DNA of 64,000 nucleotides from Bacteroidaceae bacterium (GTDB taxonomy: Bacteria; Bacteroidota; Bacteroidia; Bacteroidales; Bacteroidaceae). The notes under the pieces were generated by a model. It worked only from the letters and a program-made list of their open reading frames with translations. It ran no database searches and was not told the DNA's origin. Made by a program: the position numbers and the translations under genes. The stretch is taken from assembly GCA_021443415.1 (NCBI GenBank), contig JABUTZ010000002.1, positions 31,534 through 95,533 on the forward strand. Reading direction: 5' to 3'. Below, piece by piece: positions 56,121 to 64,000 of the stretch. Every line of letters begins with the position of its first letter. Within the stretch, counting starts at the first letter, position 1.

Positions 56121-57026
56121 ATGAAAGGAATAGTATTGGCGGGAGGTTCCGGCACACGCCTCTACCCCATCACGAAGGGTGTGAGCAAGCAGATGCTTCC
56201 CATCTTTGACAAGCCAATGATATACTACCCCATCTCGGTGCTCATGCTCGCCGACATCCGCGAGGTGCTGATTATCAGCACGCCGCAGGACCTGCCGGGT
56301 TTCCGCCGCCTCCTGGGCGACGGTTCGGACATCGGGATGAGGTTTGAGTACGCCGAGCAGCCCAGTCCCGACGGCCTGGCGCAGGCGTTCATCATTGGCC
56401 GCGACTTCATCGGCAACGACAGCGCGTGCCTCGTCTTAGGCGACAACATCTTCCACGGCAACGGCTTCGGCGGACTGCTCCGCGAGGCTGTGCGCAGCGC
56501 CGAGGAGGAGGGCAAGGCGACGGTGTTCGGCTACTGGGTCAACGACCCCGAGCGCTACGGCGTGGCGGAGTTCGACCGCGACGGCAACTGCCTGAGCATC
56601 GAGGAGAAGCCGGCGCAGCCCAAGAGCCACTACGCCGTGGTGGGTCTCTACTTCTACCCCAACCGCGTGGTCGACGTGGCGGCGCGCATCAAGCCGAGCG
56701 CGCGCGGCGAACTGGAGATCACGACCGTCAACCAGGAGTTTCTCGCCTCGCGCGACCTCAGGGTGCAGACGCTCGGGCGCGGCTTCGCATGGCTCGACAC
56801 GGGCACCCACGACAGCCTCTCGGAGGCGAGCACCTTCATCGAGGTCATCGAGAAGCGTCAGGGACTGAAGATAGCCTGCCTCGAGGGCATCGCCTACCGC
56901 AAGGGCTGGATCGGCGAGGAGCAGATGAGAAGGCTCGCGCAGCCGATGCTCAAGAACCAGTACGGGCAGTACCTGCTCAAGGTCATCGACGAACTGAAGG
57001 AGGGCGGCTATGGCAACGCAGAGTAA
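56121..57026 (+). CDS. rfbA: glucose-1-phosphate thymidylyltransferase
   Basis: [37 protein letters not shown] is a canonical RmlA sequence. Confidence 0.95.
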   Translation: MKGIVLAGGSGTRLYPITKGVSKQMLPIFDKPMIYYPISVLMLADIREVLIISTPQDLPGFRRLLGDGSDIGMRFEYAEQPSPDGLAQAFIIGRDFIGNDSACLVLGDNIFHGNGFGGLLREAVRSAEEEGKATVFGYWVNDPERYGVAEFDRDGNCLSIEEKPAQPKSHYAVVGLYFYPNRVVDVAARIKPSARGELEITTVNQEFLASRDLRVQTLGRGFAWLDTGTHDSLSEASTFIEVIEKRQGLKIACLEGIAYRKGWIGEEQMRRLAQPMLKNQYGQYLLKVIDELKEGGYGNAE

Positions 57027-57327
57027 CAAGCTGAACATCAAGATCCACGTCGACCGCCAGGATTATCATTTCGCCGTGCGCCCGGAGGAGGAGCTGGCCT
57101 ACCGCCAGGCCGCCAAGCTCATCAACGAGACCATCAACCGCCAGGCCGAGGCGGACAAGGGGAAGGACCGCGACGAGTACCTGCGCCGCGCCGCCCTGGT
57201 CATCGCCGTGGACCTCTGCCGCAACTACGAGCGCAACGACACCGAGCCCATCATCAAGCGCCTGCGCGACCTGAACGCGGACATGGAGAAGACTATTAAC
57301 GAACCACAAGAACAAAGAAAACACTAA
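57010..57327 (+). CDS. zapA: cell division protein ZapA-like
   Basis: 105 aa. The [35 protein letters not shown] pattern is typical of ZapA. It overlaps rfbA by 17 nt. Confidence 0.75.
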   Translation: MATQSNKLNIKIHVDRQDYHFAVRPEEELAYRQAAKLINETINRQAEADKGKDRDEYLRRAALVIAVDLCRNYERNDTEPIIKRLRDLNADMEKTINEPQEQRKH

Positions 57328-57957
57328 ATGAGCATTTTTTCCAAACTTTTCGGCAAGAAGAAGGAGCAGAAGATGCGCATCGGCGGCATGGAGGACTTCA
57401 TGTCGCTCATACGCGTATACTACCAGAGCGTGATGGCGCTGCAGCTCGGCATCAGCAACCTGAGCGCCCTGCCCGACCTGCGCACGTTCAAGACGACGCT
57501 CAAGGTGGCGACGGTCAACAACCGCCTCGGCGTGGGCGAGCGCGCCAAGTGCCGCAAGATGCTGACCGACATCTACGGCATGAGCGACGAGTTCTTCAAG
57601 GAGATCGACTTGAGCATCAAGCACGGCTGCAAGTCGGTCAACGACGTGCGCACGTACTTCATCCAGTTCCAGGACTTCAGCCAGAACATCATGATGGTGC
57701 TCTCGAACGAGATGCGCCTCAAGCTACGCCTGCCGTCGTTCTTCAAGAACGCCCTCCGCGGCATGATCGAGAAGAAAATCCACGAGATACTGACCAAGAC
57801 GGACTGGAGCGACGAGAGCGTGCGCCGCACCTGCATCGCCGTGCGCCAGTACCAGCAGCGGCTGGGCTACTCGGAGCAGTGGATCAAGGAGTACGCCACA
57901 TGCATCATCATGCTGGCGAAGAAGGAGCCGGCGCCCGCCGACGAGAGCGAGAAGTAA
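57328..57957 (+). CDS. hypothetical protein (209 aa) inside the zapA-rny cluster
   Basis: The ATG directly abuts the zapA stop (TAAATG). The N-terminus is basic and amphipathic (MSIFSKLFGKKKEQK). No family was recognised. Confidence 0.55.
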   Translation: MSIFSKLFGKKKEQKMRIGGMEDFMSLIRVYYQSVMALQLGISNLSALPDLRTFKTTLKVATVNNRLGVGERAKCRKMLTDIYGMSDEFFKEIDLSIKHGCKSVNDVRTYFIQFQDFSQNIMMVLSNEMRLKLRLPSFFKNALRGMIEKKIHEILTKTDWSDESVRRTCIAVRQYQQRLGYSEQWIKEYATCIIMLAKKEPAPADESEK

Positions 57958-57982
57958 ACCCATCAAAACATCCCTGGCAGCA

Positions 57983-58276
57983 ATGACATCCGAAGACGCA
58001 AAGACACTGCAGCAACTGGAGTTCAACATACGGCAGATGATACGCATCATCGACCGGCTGAGGACTGAGAACAAGAACCTCAAGTCCGCCCTTGAGGAGT
58101 GCGAGGTGGAGATCGAGCTGCTCAAGGAGGAGGTGGAGATGCAGAAGCAGGACTACAACACCCTGCAGATGGCACGCGTCATCGACGTGTCGGACAGCGA
58201 CAAGGCGATGACACGCAGCCGCCTGAACGCACTCATACGCGAGGTGGACAAGTGCATCAACATCATCAAGAACTGA
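57983..58276 (+). CDS. small coiled-coil protein (ZapB-like)
   Basis: 97 aa and entirely heptad-like (LQQLEFNIRQMIRIIDRLRTENKNLKSALEECEVEIELLKEEVEMQKQ). It lies immediately upstream of rny. Confidence 0.55.
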   Translation: MTSEDAKTLQQLEFNIRQMIRIIDRLRTENKNLKSALEECEVEIELLKEEVEMQKQDYNTLQMARVIDVSDSDKAMTRSRLNALIREVDKCINIIKN

Positions 58277-58296
58277 GACAAACAAGAACAAACTTT

Positions 58297-58324
58297 TTAA
58301 CACACACATTTTAACACACACATT
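58297..58324 (+). repeat. perfect 14-bp tandem duplication TTAACACACACATT x2 abutting the rny ATG
   Basis: Read directly from the sequence: 58297..58310 and 58311..58324, with the ATG at 58325. Confidence 0.9.
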
Positions 58325-59866
58325 ATGGAGATATTGGCAACAATAATCATAGCCGCTGTCATCTGCGCCGGAGTGGTGGCAGGTACGATGTACCTCTACC
58401 GCACCCGCAAGAACGCACTGACAGCCGAGCTGAAGAAGAACGCCGCCCACGAGCTGGAGGTGGCCAAGGAGAAGAAGATGCTCGAGGTGGAGAAGACACT
58501 GATGACCCGCCGCAACGAGCTGGAGAAGGAGATGCAGCAGCGCGGCAACCAGCTCCAGCAGGCCGAGAACAAGCTCAAGCAGCGCGAGCAGTCGCTCAAC
58601 CAGCAGCAGAACGAGCTGGGCAAGCGCAAGAACGAGCTGGAGGCCGACCACCAGCGCATAGCCAACCAGACCCGGATGCTCGAGGCCAAGGAGCAGGAGC
58701 TCAACAACATGCAGGAGCAGGAGCGCGCCAAGCTGGAGCAGATAGGCGGACTGAGTGCCGACGAGGCCCGCGAGCGACTCGTGGAGAGCCTCAAGGACGA
58801 GGCGCGCACCAACGCCCAGAGCTACATCAACGACATCATGGACGAGGCGCGCATGAACGCCAACAAGGAGGCCAAGCGCATCATCATACAGACCATCCAG
58901 CGCGTGGCCACCGAGGTGGCAATCGAGAACAGCGTCACCATCTTCCACATCGACAACGATGACATCAAGGGCCGCGTGATCGGCCGCGAGGGTCGCAACA
59001 TTCGTGCCCTGGAGGCTGCCGCCGGCGTGGAGATCGTCGTCGATGATACCCCCGAGGCAATCGTCATCAGCGGCTTCGACCCCGTGCGCCGCGAGATAGC
59101 CCGCCTCGCCCTCCACCAACTGGTGGCTGACGGACGCATCCACCCCGCGCGCATCGAGGAGGTGGTGGCCAAGGTCAAGAAGCAGGTCGAGGAGGAGATC
59201 ATGGAGACGGGCAAGCGCACGTGCATCGACCTCGGCGTGCACGGCCTGCACCCCGAACTCATGCGCATCGTGGGCAAGATGAAGTACCGCTCGAGCTACG
59301 GCCAGAACCTGCTCCAGCACGCCCGCGAGACAGCCAACCTCTGCGCCGTGATGGCATCGGAGCTGGGCCTGAACGCCAAGAAGGCCAAGCGCGCCGGACT
59401 ACTGCACGACATAGGCAAGGTGCCCGACGAGGACCCCGAAATGCCCCACGCCCTCTACGGCGGCAAGCTGGCCGAGCAGTACAAGGAGAAGCCCGACATC
59501 TGCAACGCCATCGCCTCGCACCACGACGAGTGCGAGATGGAGAGCCTCATCGCCCCCATCGTGCAGGTGTGCGACGCCATCAGCGGCGCCCGTCCCGGCG
59601 CCCGCCGCGAGATAGCCGAGGCGTACATCAAGCGCCTCAACGACCTCGAGTCGATAGCCATGAGCTACCCCGGCGTCACCAAGACCTACGCCATCCAGGC
59701 AGGCCGCGAGCTGCGCGTCATCGTGGGCGCCGACAAGATCGACGACAAGCAGATCGACATCCTCAGCGCCGACATCGCCAAGCGCATCCAGGACGAGATG
59801 ACATACCCCGGACAGGTGAAGATCACGGTGATCCGCGAGACGCGCGCCGTGAGCTACGCAAAGTAA
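58325..59866 (+). CDS. rny: ribonuclease Y
   Basis: 513 aa with an N-terminal TM helix, a coiled coil, a KH domain ([15 protein letters not shown]) and an HD domain (LLHDIGK). Confidence 0.95.
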   Translation: MEILATIIIAAVICAGVVAGTMYLYRTRKNALTAELKKNAAHELEVAKEKKMLEVEKTLMTRRNELEKEMQQRGNQLQQAENKLKQREQSLNQQQNELGKRKNELEADHQRIANQTRMLEAKEQELNNMQEQERAKLEQIGGLSADEARERLVESLKDEARTNAQSYINDIMDEARMNANKEAKRIIIQTIQRVATEVAIENSVTIFHIDNDDIKGRVIGREGRNIRALEAAAGVEIVVDDTPEAIVISGFDPVRREIARLALHQLVADGRIHPARIEEVVAKVKKQVEEEIMETGKRTCIDLGVHGLHPELMRIVGKMKYRSSYGQNLLQHARETANLCAVMASELGLNAKKAKRAGLLHDIGKVPDEDPEMPHALYGGKLAEQYKEKPDICNAIASHHDECEMESLIAPIVQVCDAISGARPGARREIAEAYIKRLNDLESIAMSYPGVTKTYAIQAGRELRVIVGADKIDDKQIDILSADIAKRIQDEMTYPGQVKITVIRETRAVSYAK

Positions 59867-59872
59867 GGCGCG

Positions 59873-60904
59873 ATGGGCGTTCGTCTCTCGATAATCATTG
59901 TCAACTACAACGTAAGCGATTTCCTCGCGCAGTGTCTCGACACGGTGCGCGAGGCGATTGCGCACATAGACGCCGAGGTGATCGTGGTGGACAACAACTC
60001 CACCGACGACAGCGTGGCGATGCTCGCCGAGCGCTATCCGTGGGTCATCTCGATGCCCCAGGACGTGAACGCCGGGTTCTCGCGCGCCAACAACATCGGC
60101 ATCGAGCGGTCGAGCGGCGAGTACGTGCTGCTGCTCAACCCCGACACGCTGGTGGCTGGCGACACGCTGATGCGCTGCATCGCCTATCTCGACAGGAACG
60201 AGAAGGTGGGTGCCTTGGGCGCGCGCATGTTCGACGCCCGGGGGCACTTCGCCCTCGAGTCGCGCCGCGGCCTGCCCACGCCGTTCACGAGCTTCTGCAA
60301 GATGTCGGGTCTGATCAAGCTCTTCCCCAAGTCGCGCACCGTCGGCCGCTACTACATGCAGTACCTCGACGAGCGCCAGCCGCACGAGATAGAGGTGATG
60401 AGCGGTGCGTTCATGATGGTCCGCCGCCGTGTGCTCGACGAGGTCGGACTGCTCGACGAGCGCTTCTTCATGCACTGCGAGGACATCGACATCAGCTACC
60501 GCATCACGCTCGGGGGCTGGCAGAACCACTACGTCCCCTACCCGCTCATCCACTACAAGGGCGAGAGCACGCGCAAGTGCTCGTTCAACGCCGTCCACGT
60601 CTTCTACAACGCCATGCTGATGTTCTACAACAAGCATTTCGCCCATCAGCACTCCATCCTCACCTGGCTCATCAAGCTGGCCGTCCTTTCGCGCGCCGCC
60701 TTCGACCTCGTCGAGCGCAAGGTGTGGGCGATGCTCGGCGACTGGGCGCCCAAGCCCAAGGTGAACAAGAAGTTCATCCTCACCCACGCGCAGCTCACCG
60801 AGCGCATAGCCACCGGCGACGCCCTCGAGGACCTTATGGAAGAACTGCGCGAGCGCAAGGAGGAACTGCTGGTCATCGAGGACGAACAACCATCAACCGT
60901 ATGA
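59873..60904 (+). CDS. family 2 glycosyltransferase
   Basis: LSIIIVNYN...VVDNNSTDDS...NAGFSRANN with a DxD-type CEDID motif. Confidence 0.88.
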   Translation: MGVRLSIIIVNYNVSDFLAQCLDTVREAIAHIDAEVIVVDNNSTDDSVAMLAERYPWVISMPQDVNAGFSRANNIGIERSSGEYVLLLNPDTLVAGDTLMRCIAYLDRNEKVGALGARMFDARGHFALESRRGLPTPFTSFCKMSGLIKLFPKSRTVGRYYMQYLDERQPHEIEVMSGAFMMVRRRVLDEVGLLDERFFMHCEDIDISYRITLGGWQNHYVPYPLIHYKGESTRKCSFNAVHVFYNAMLMFYNKHFAHQHSILTWLIKLAVLSRAAFDLVERKVWAMLGDWAPKPKVNKKFILTHAQLTERIATGDALEDLMEELRERKEELLVIEDEQPSTV

Positions 60905-62427
60905 AACACCTCCTCACCATAATCCTATCGCTCGCATGCGTGGGCGCATGGGCGCAAGGCACCGACCTCGGGCGCCTCGGGCGCAACCTCCGGCTGGACA
61001 TCGAGAGCACCACCAACGTGGGCGGCGGCAACTTTGCCCCCATGTGGCTGAGCAGCAACCGCCACGGACTCGCGAGCGTGCGCCCGACATGGAACTACGA
61101 GCGCGTCGCCCTGCACCGCGACATGGCCGACGACTCGCTGCGCAACTGGCGCATGGGCTACGGTGCGGACGTCGCCGTGATGTTTGGCGGCGAGCGCACG
61201 TTCTGCCTCCAGGAACTCTTCGCCGAGTTCGCCTGGAAGAAGATTTACATCACCCTCGGCAGCAAGAAGCAGCCCCTCTCGCTCGACCGCAACGAGAGCC
61301 TGACGAGCGGCGGACTGGCCTACGGCATCAACGCGCGCCCTATTCCGCAGGTGCGCGTGGGCGTCGACTGGTTCACGTTCACTCGGGGTTGGTGGAAGAT
61401 CAAGGGTCACCTGAGCTACGGCTGGAAGACGGACGGCCCCTGGCAGCGTGCCCACCTCGACGACAACGGACTGCTCAACCAGCCTCTCGGCAACTCGCGG
61501 CGCACCGAGGGGACGCTCTACCACGAGAAGGCTCTCTATTTCCGCTTCGGCAGACGCGACAAGTTTCCCCTCGAGGGCGAGATAGGCCTGCAGTGGGCGA
61601 CGGAGTTCGGCGGCAAATCGTTCAGCTTCTACGGACGCGGCTGGACACTGAGCCAGACAGTGGACGGCGTGGCGCTGCCCTCGGGTTTCACCGCCTACAA
61701 GAACGCCCTATTCGTGCTCGGCAACGACATCACCGACGGCAACATCAACAACTCCGAGGGCAACCACCTCGGCAGCTGGGTGGCGGCTCTGACATGGCAC
61801 GGCAGGGACTGGAAGGTGAAGGCCTACATGGAGCGCTACTTCGAGGACATCTCGCAGCTGGGACTGACCTACGGCATCAGCGACCATCTCCTCGGACTTG
61901 AGGTGGAGCTGCCCGCGAACCCGTTCCTGAGCAACCTCGTCTTCGAGCACATGAACAGCCGCAACCAGACGGGAGCAGTCTATCATGACTACTCGCCCAA
62001 CATCCCCGACAAGATGAACGGGCGCGACAACTACTACAACCACAACATCTACACCGGCTGGCAGAACTACGGCATGTCGATGGGCACGCCGCTGCTCACC
62101 TCGCCCCTCTACAACAAGGCGTTCGGACAGGGCGGCGCCATCAAGTGCGTCAACAACCGCGTGCGCGCCTGGCACGTGGGCCTGTCGGGCAACCCGTTCA
62201 CGGGTTTCGACTGGCGGCTGCTGATGACCTTCAGCCGCAACTGGGGCACCTATGACGACCCCTTCGACGACCCCATGGACCAGACCTACCTCATGGTCGA
62301 GGCGGGCTACGCACCTCCGACCTGGAAGGGATGGAGCGGCAGACTCGCCCTCGGCATCGACCGCGGCGACATGATCGGCAACAACACGGGCTGCCAGATC
62401 ACGATAGCCAAGAGATTCCGCTTCTAA
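60901..62427 (+). CDS. outer-membrane beta-barrel protein, capsule-assembly Wzi-like
   Basis: Signal peptide MKHLLTIILSLACVGAWAQ, beta-strand patterning and a C-terminal ...AKRFRF. The Wzi resemblance is from memory only. It has an ATGA overlap with the GT2 stop. The track ORF 59221.. is an unrelated upstream read-through. Confidence 0.55.
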   Translation: MKHLLTIILSLACVGAWAQGTDLGRLGRNLRLDIESTTNVGGGNFAPMWLSSNRHGLASVRPTWNYERVALHRDMADDSLRNWRMGYGADVAVMFGGERTFCLQELFAEFAWKKIYITLGSKKQPLSLDRNESLTSGGLAYGINARPIPQVRVGVDWFTFTRGWWKIKGHLSYGWKTDGPWQRAHLDDNGLLNQPLGNSRRTEGTLYHEKALYFRFGRRDKFPLEGEIGLQWATEFGGKSFSFYGRGWTLSQTVDGVALPSGFTAYKNALFVLGNDITDGNINNSEGNHLGSWVAALTWHGRDWKVKAYMERYFEDISQLGLTYGISDHLLGLEVELPANPFLSNLVFEHMNSRNQTGAVYHDYSPNIPDKMNGRDNYYNHNIYTGWQNYGMSMGTPLLTSPLYNKAFGQGGAIKCVNNRVRAWHVGLSGNPFTGFDWRLLMTFSRNWGTYDDPFDDPMDQTYLMVEAGYAPPTWKGWSGRLALGIDRGDMIGNNTGCQITIAKRFRF

Positions 62428-62464
62428 CCGCAAAGACCCACTCCCAAACGACCTGCCAACAGCA

Positions 62465-62914
62465 ATGAAGAAATACCTGCTCATCATCCTCGCCTGCCTC
62501 CTCGTCGGTTGCGAGAAGGCACCCAAGAACGGCTACCTCGACGGCATGTGGCAACTGACCTGCATCGAGGAGTTCGCCGCCGACGGCACCGGCGCCTCGA
62601 CGTTCCACTACCGTAAGGACCGCTTCTGGAACTTCCAACTCAGCCTCATGCAGTTGGGCGGACGCCTCTATTTCTCCCATTTCAAGCGCGACGGCGGCAG
62701 CCTGACCATCGAGCGCCTCGCCCGCCAGTCGAAGAACGAGACGGCTACAGACAACGACGACTGGCTGACGGAGAAGGACACGACGGACATAGCCGCAATC
62801 CGCGAGTACGGCTTCTTCTCGCTCCCCCCCACCACCTTCGCCGTCGAGCAGATCGACGACGACGCGATGGTGCTGCGCAGCGGCGAGGCGCGCCTCACGT
62901 TCCGCAAGTACTGA
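62465..62914 (+). CDS. lipocalin-like domain lipoprotein
   Basis: Lipobox LLVGC followed by GYLDGMWQL, typical of Bacteroidales lipocalin-like small lipoproteins. Confidence 0.65.
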   Translation: MKKYLLIILACLLVGCEKAPKNGYLDGMWQLTCIEEFAADGTGASTFHYRKDRFWNFQLSLMQLGGRLYFSHFKRDGGSLTIERLARQSKNETATDNDDWLTEKDTTDIAAIREYGFFSLPPTTFAVEQIDDDAMVLRSGEARLTFRKY

Positions 62915-62950
62915 CAAGTTCAAGTTTCGCTTGTTTTCACAATCTCACTT

Positions 62951-63047
62951 GAGACTATAGACTTCAGACCTTTTCTGGGTTTTCTATCTTACAAAGTCTG
63001 TAGTCTGTACTTTGTAGTCTGTAGTCTTCGCAAACTCAGTTTGCGAA
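62951..63047. repeat. composite structured intergenic element: AGAC heptads, inverted TAGTCTG heptad array and a GCAAAC/GTTTGC hairpin
   Basis: 62951..62964 (gagactatagactt) is the reverse complement of 62994..63007 at 12/14 positions. TAGTCTG-like units run over 62994..63028. The 9-bp stem TTCGCAAAC-TCA-GTTTGCGAA lies at 63027..63047. Confidence 0.75.
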
Positions 63048-63050
63048 ACC

Positions 63051-64000
63051 TTAGCGCTTGCCGTTGCGGCGCTTGCTGAAGTTCTTCAGCGTGAGGATGG
63101 CGGACGCGAAAATCAGTATGTCCGCAAACAATACGAGATTGATGTCGATGCCGACATGGCTCATGGCGGCGGTCACGATGATGATGGTCAGCTGGAGGGC
63201 GACAATCACAGCCACCGCCCGCCGCATCGTCATGCCCGCATCGAGGCAGATGTGGTGGATGTGCTGCTTGTCGGCGGCGAAGATGCTCTTGCCCTGGAAC
63301 AGGCGCACGAAGGCGACGCGCACGAGGTCGAAGACAGGGACGGTGAGCAGCGAGAACGAGACCGCCATCGACTCGGCCGACGAGACATAGAAGTGCGTCG
63401 CGTACTTGATGAAGAGCACGGCGAAGGCGTAGCCGAGGATGAGGCTGCCAGCATCGCCCATGAACACCTTGGTGTTCTTCCTCTCGTCGCCGAAGACATT
63501 GTAGCGCATGAACACCAGCACCGAACCGAGGAGCGACACCGAGAGCAGGCCGCACACATAGGCACCGATGCCCACATAAAGGATTGTGAACGAAACCAAT
63601 GCGACGACGGCGAGCGACGACGACAGTCCATCGATGCCGTCGATGAGGTTCATGGCGTTGACCACGAGCATGATTATGAACATGGTGATGGGCCACGCTA
63701 AGAAGAGAGGCAGCTCGTAGATGCCGAACAGGCCGTGGAGGTTGTCGATGCACATGTTGCAGGCGGGCATGACAGCCGCCGCTATCATCTGGATCCCGAA
63801 CTTGAACTTGGCCCCCAGCCCGAAGATGTCGTCGACGACACCGATGAAATAGATGAGCGAGACGCCCACCATGACGATGACCGAGGTGAGGCGCACCATG
63901 TCGGGGCTATCGCTGAAGTTGTTCTCGAGGAAGAGAAGGACGATGACCGCCACCGCCACGCTCGGGAAGAAGATCATGCCGCCGATGCGCGGTATCTTGT
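63051..64000 (-). CDS. MraY/WecA-family undecaprenyl-phosphate sugar-phosphate transferase (N-terminus outside the window)
   Basis: Polytopic membrane protein with VVDDIFGL, NAMNLIDGIDGL and FMGDAGSLILGY motifs. The family DD motif sits too near the ORF start, so the gene continues beyond 64000. Confidence 0.85.
   Translation of the reverse strand, partial: KIPRIGGMIFFPSVAVAVIVLLFLENNFSDSPDMVRLTSVIVMVGVSLIYFIGVVDDIFGLGAKFKFGIQMIAAAVMPACNMCIDNLHGLFGIYELPLFLAWPITMFIIMLVVNAMNLIDGIDGLSSSLAVVALVSFTILYVGIGAYVCGLLSVSLLGSVLVFMRYNVFGDERKNTKVFMGDAGSLILGYAFAVLFIKYATHFYVSSAESMAVSFSLLTVPVFDLVRVAFVRLFQGKSIFAADKQHIHHICLDAGMTMRRAVAVIVALQLTIIIVTAAMSHVGIDINLVLFADILIFASAILTLKNFSKRRNGKR

Noticed and set aside
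57908-59320. A 470-aa minus-strand ORF. A 496-aa minus-strand ORF at 59399..60889 falls in the same class.
   Set aside because: Both are antisense to rny, the ZapB-like gene and the GT2 gene. Both are L/V/A/H/D/G-rich low-complexity frames.
59221-60900. The upstream 560 codons of track ORF 59221..62427 (1068 aa).
   Set aside because: This part is an out-of-frame read-through across rny and the GT2 gene (R/P/G/A-rich). The real gene starts at the ATG at 60901 with a clean signal peptide and an ATGA overlap to the GT2 stop.

Overview
The window reads as a GC-rich Bacteroidota (Bacteroidales-like) core-chromosome segment. Three things support this: many exact TAnnTTTG -7 promoter boxes upstream of genes, G-free CA-rich leaders with no Shine-Dalgarno sequence, and a Rho carrying a large N-terminal insertion. 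I call about 53 CDS and one tRNA-Val. Most are housekeeping genes: hisS, smpB, def, ruvX, glgP plus a GT3 glycogen synthase, purN, tilS, an ABC-F ATPase, rho, an RND efflux operon, relA/spoT, glyA, pyrBI, ybaK, asnS, rluB, purB, folB, nrdJ, dnaA, an amidase plus mlaD, a wzc-like kinase, rfbA, zapA, rny, GT2, a Wzi-like protein and a WecA-like protein. I saw no transposase, integrase, CRISPR array, rRNA or recognisable defence island. I found no clear novel multi-gene system. The strongest candidates for a second look are listed here.
1. An 888-aa SbcC/Rad50-like zinc-hook coiled-coil protein with no ATPase heads and no nuclease partner.
2. A RIC/hemerythrin-like domain fused to a LuxR HTH, divergent from a small outer-membrane beta-barrel gene.
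3. A 43-nt element present twice (38/43 identical), carrying a perfect 8-4-8 palindrome, in front of glyA and a HAD hydrolase gene.
4. Tandem heptamer arrays (GTGTAGA and TAGTCTG) at gene junctions.
5. An RND pump with an extra roughly 65-aa two-helix insertion.
6. An RluB with eight GGYQPRPR repeats at its N-terminus.
7. A 16-17 nt G-free leader motif shared by hisS and pyrB.
8. Three apparently leaderless genes.
Many very long antisense ORFs in the track are GC3 artefacts and were rejected. All calls rest on motif reading by eye; no searches or computations were run.
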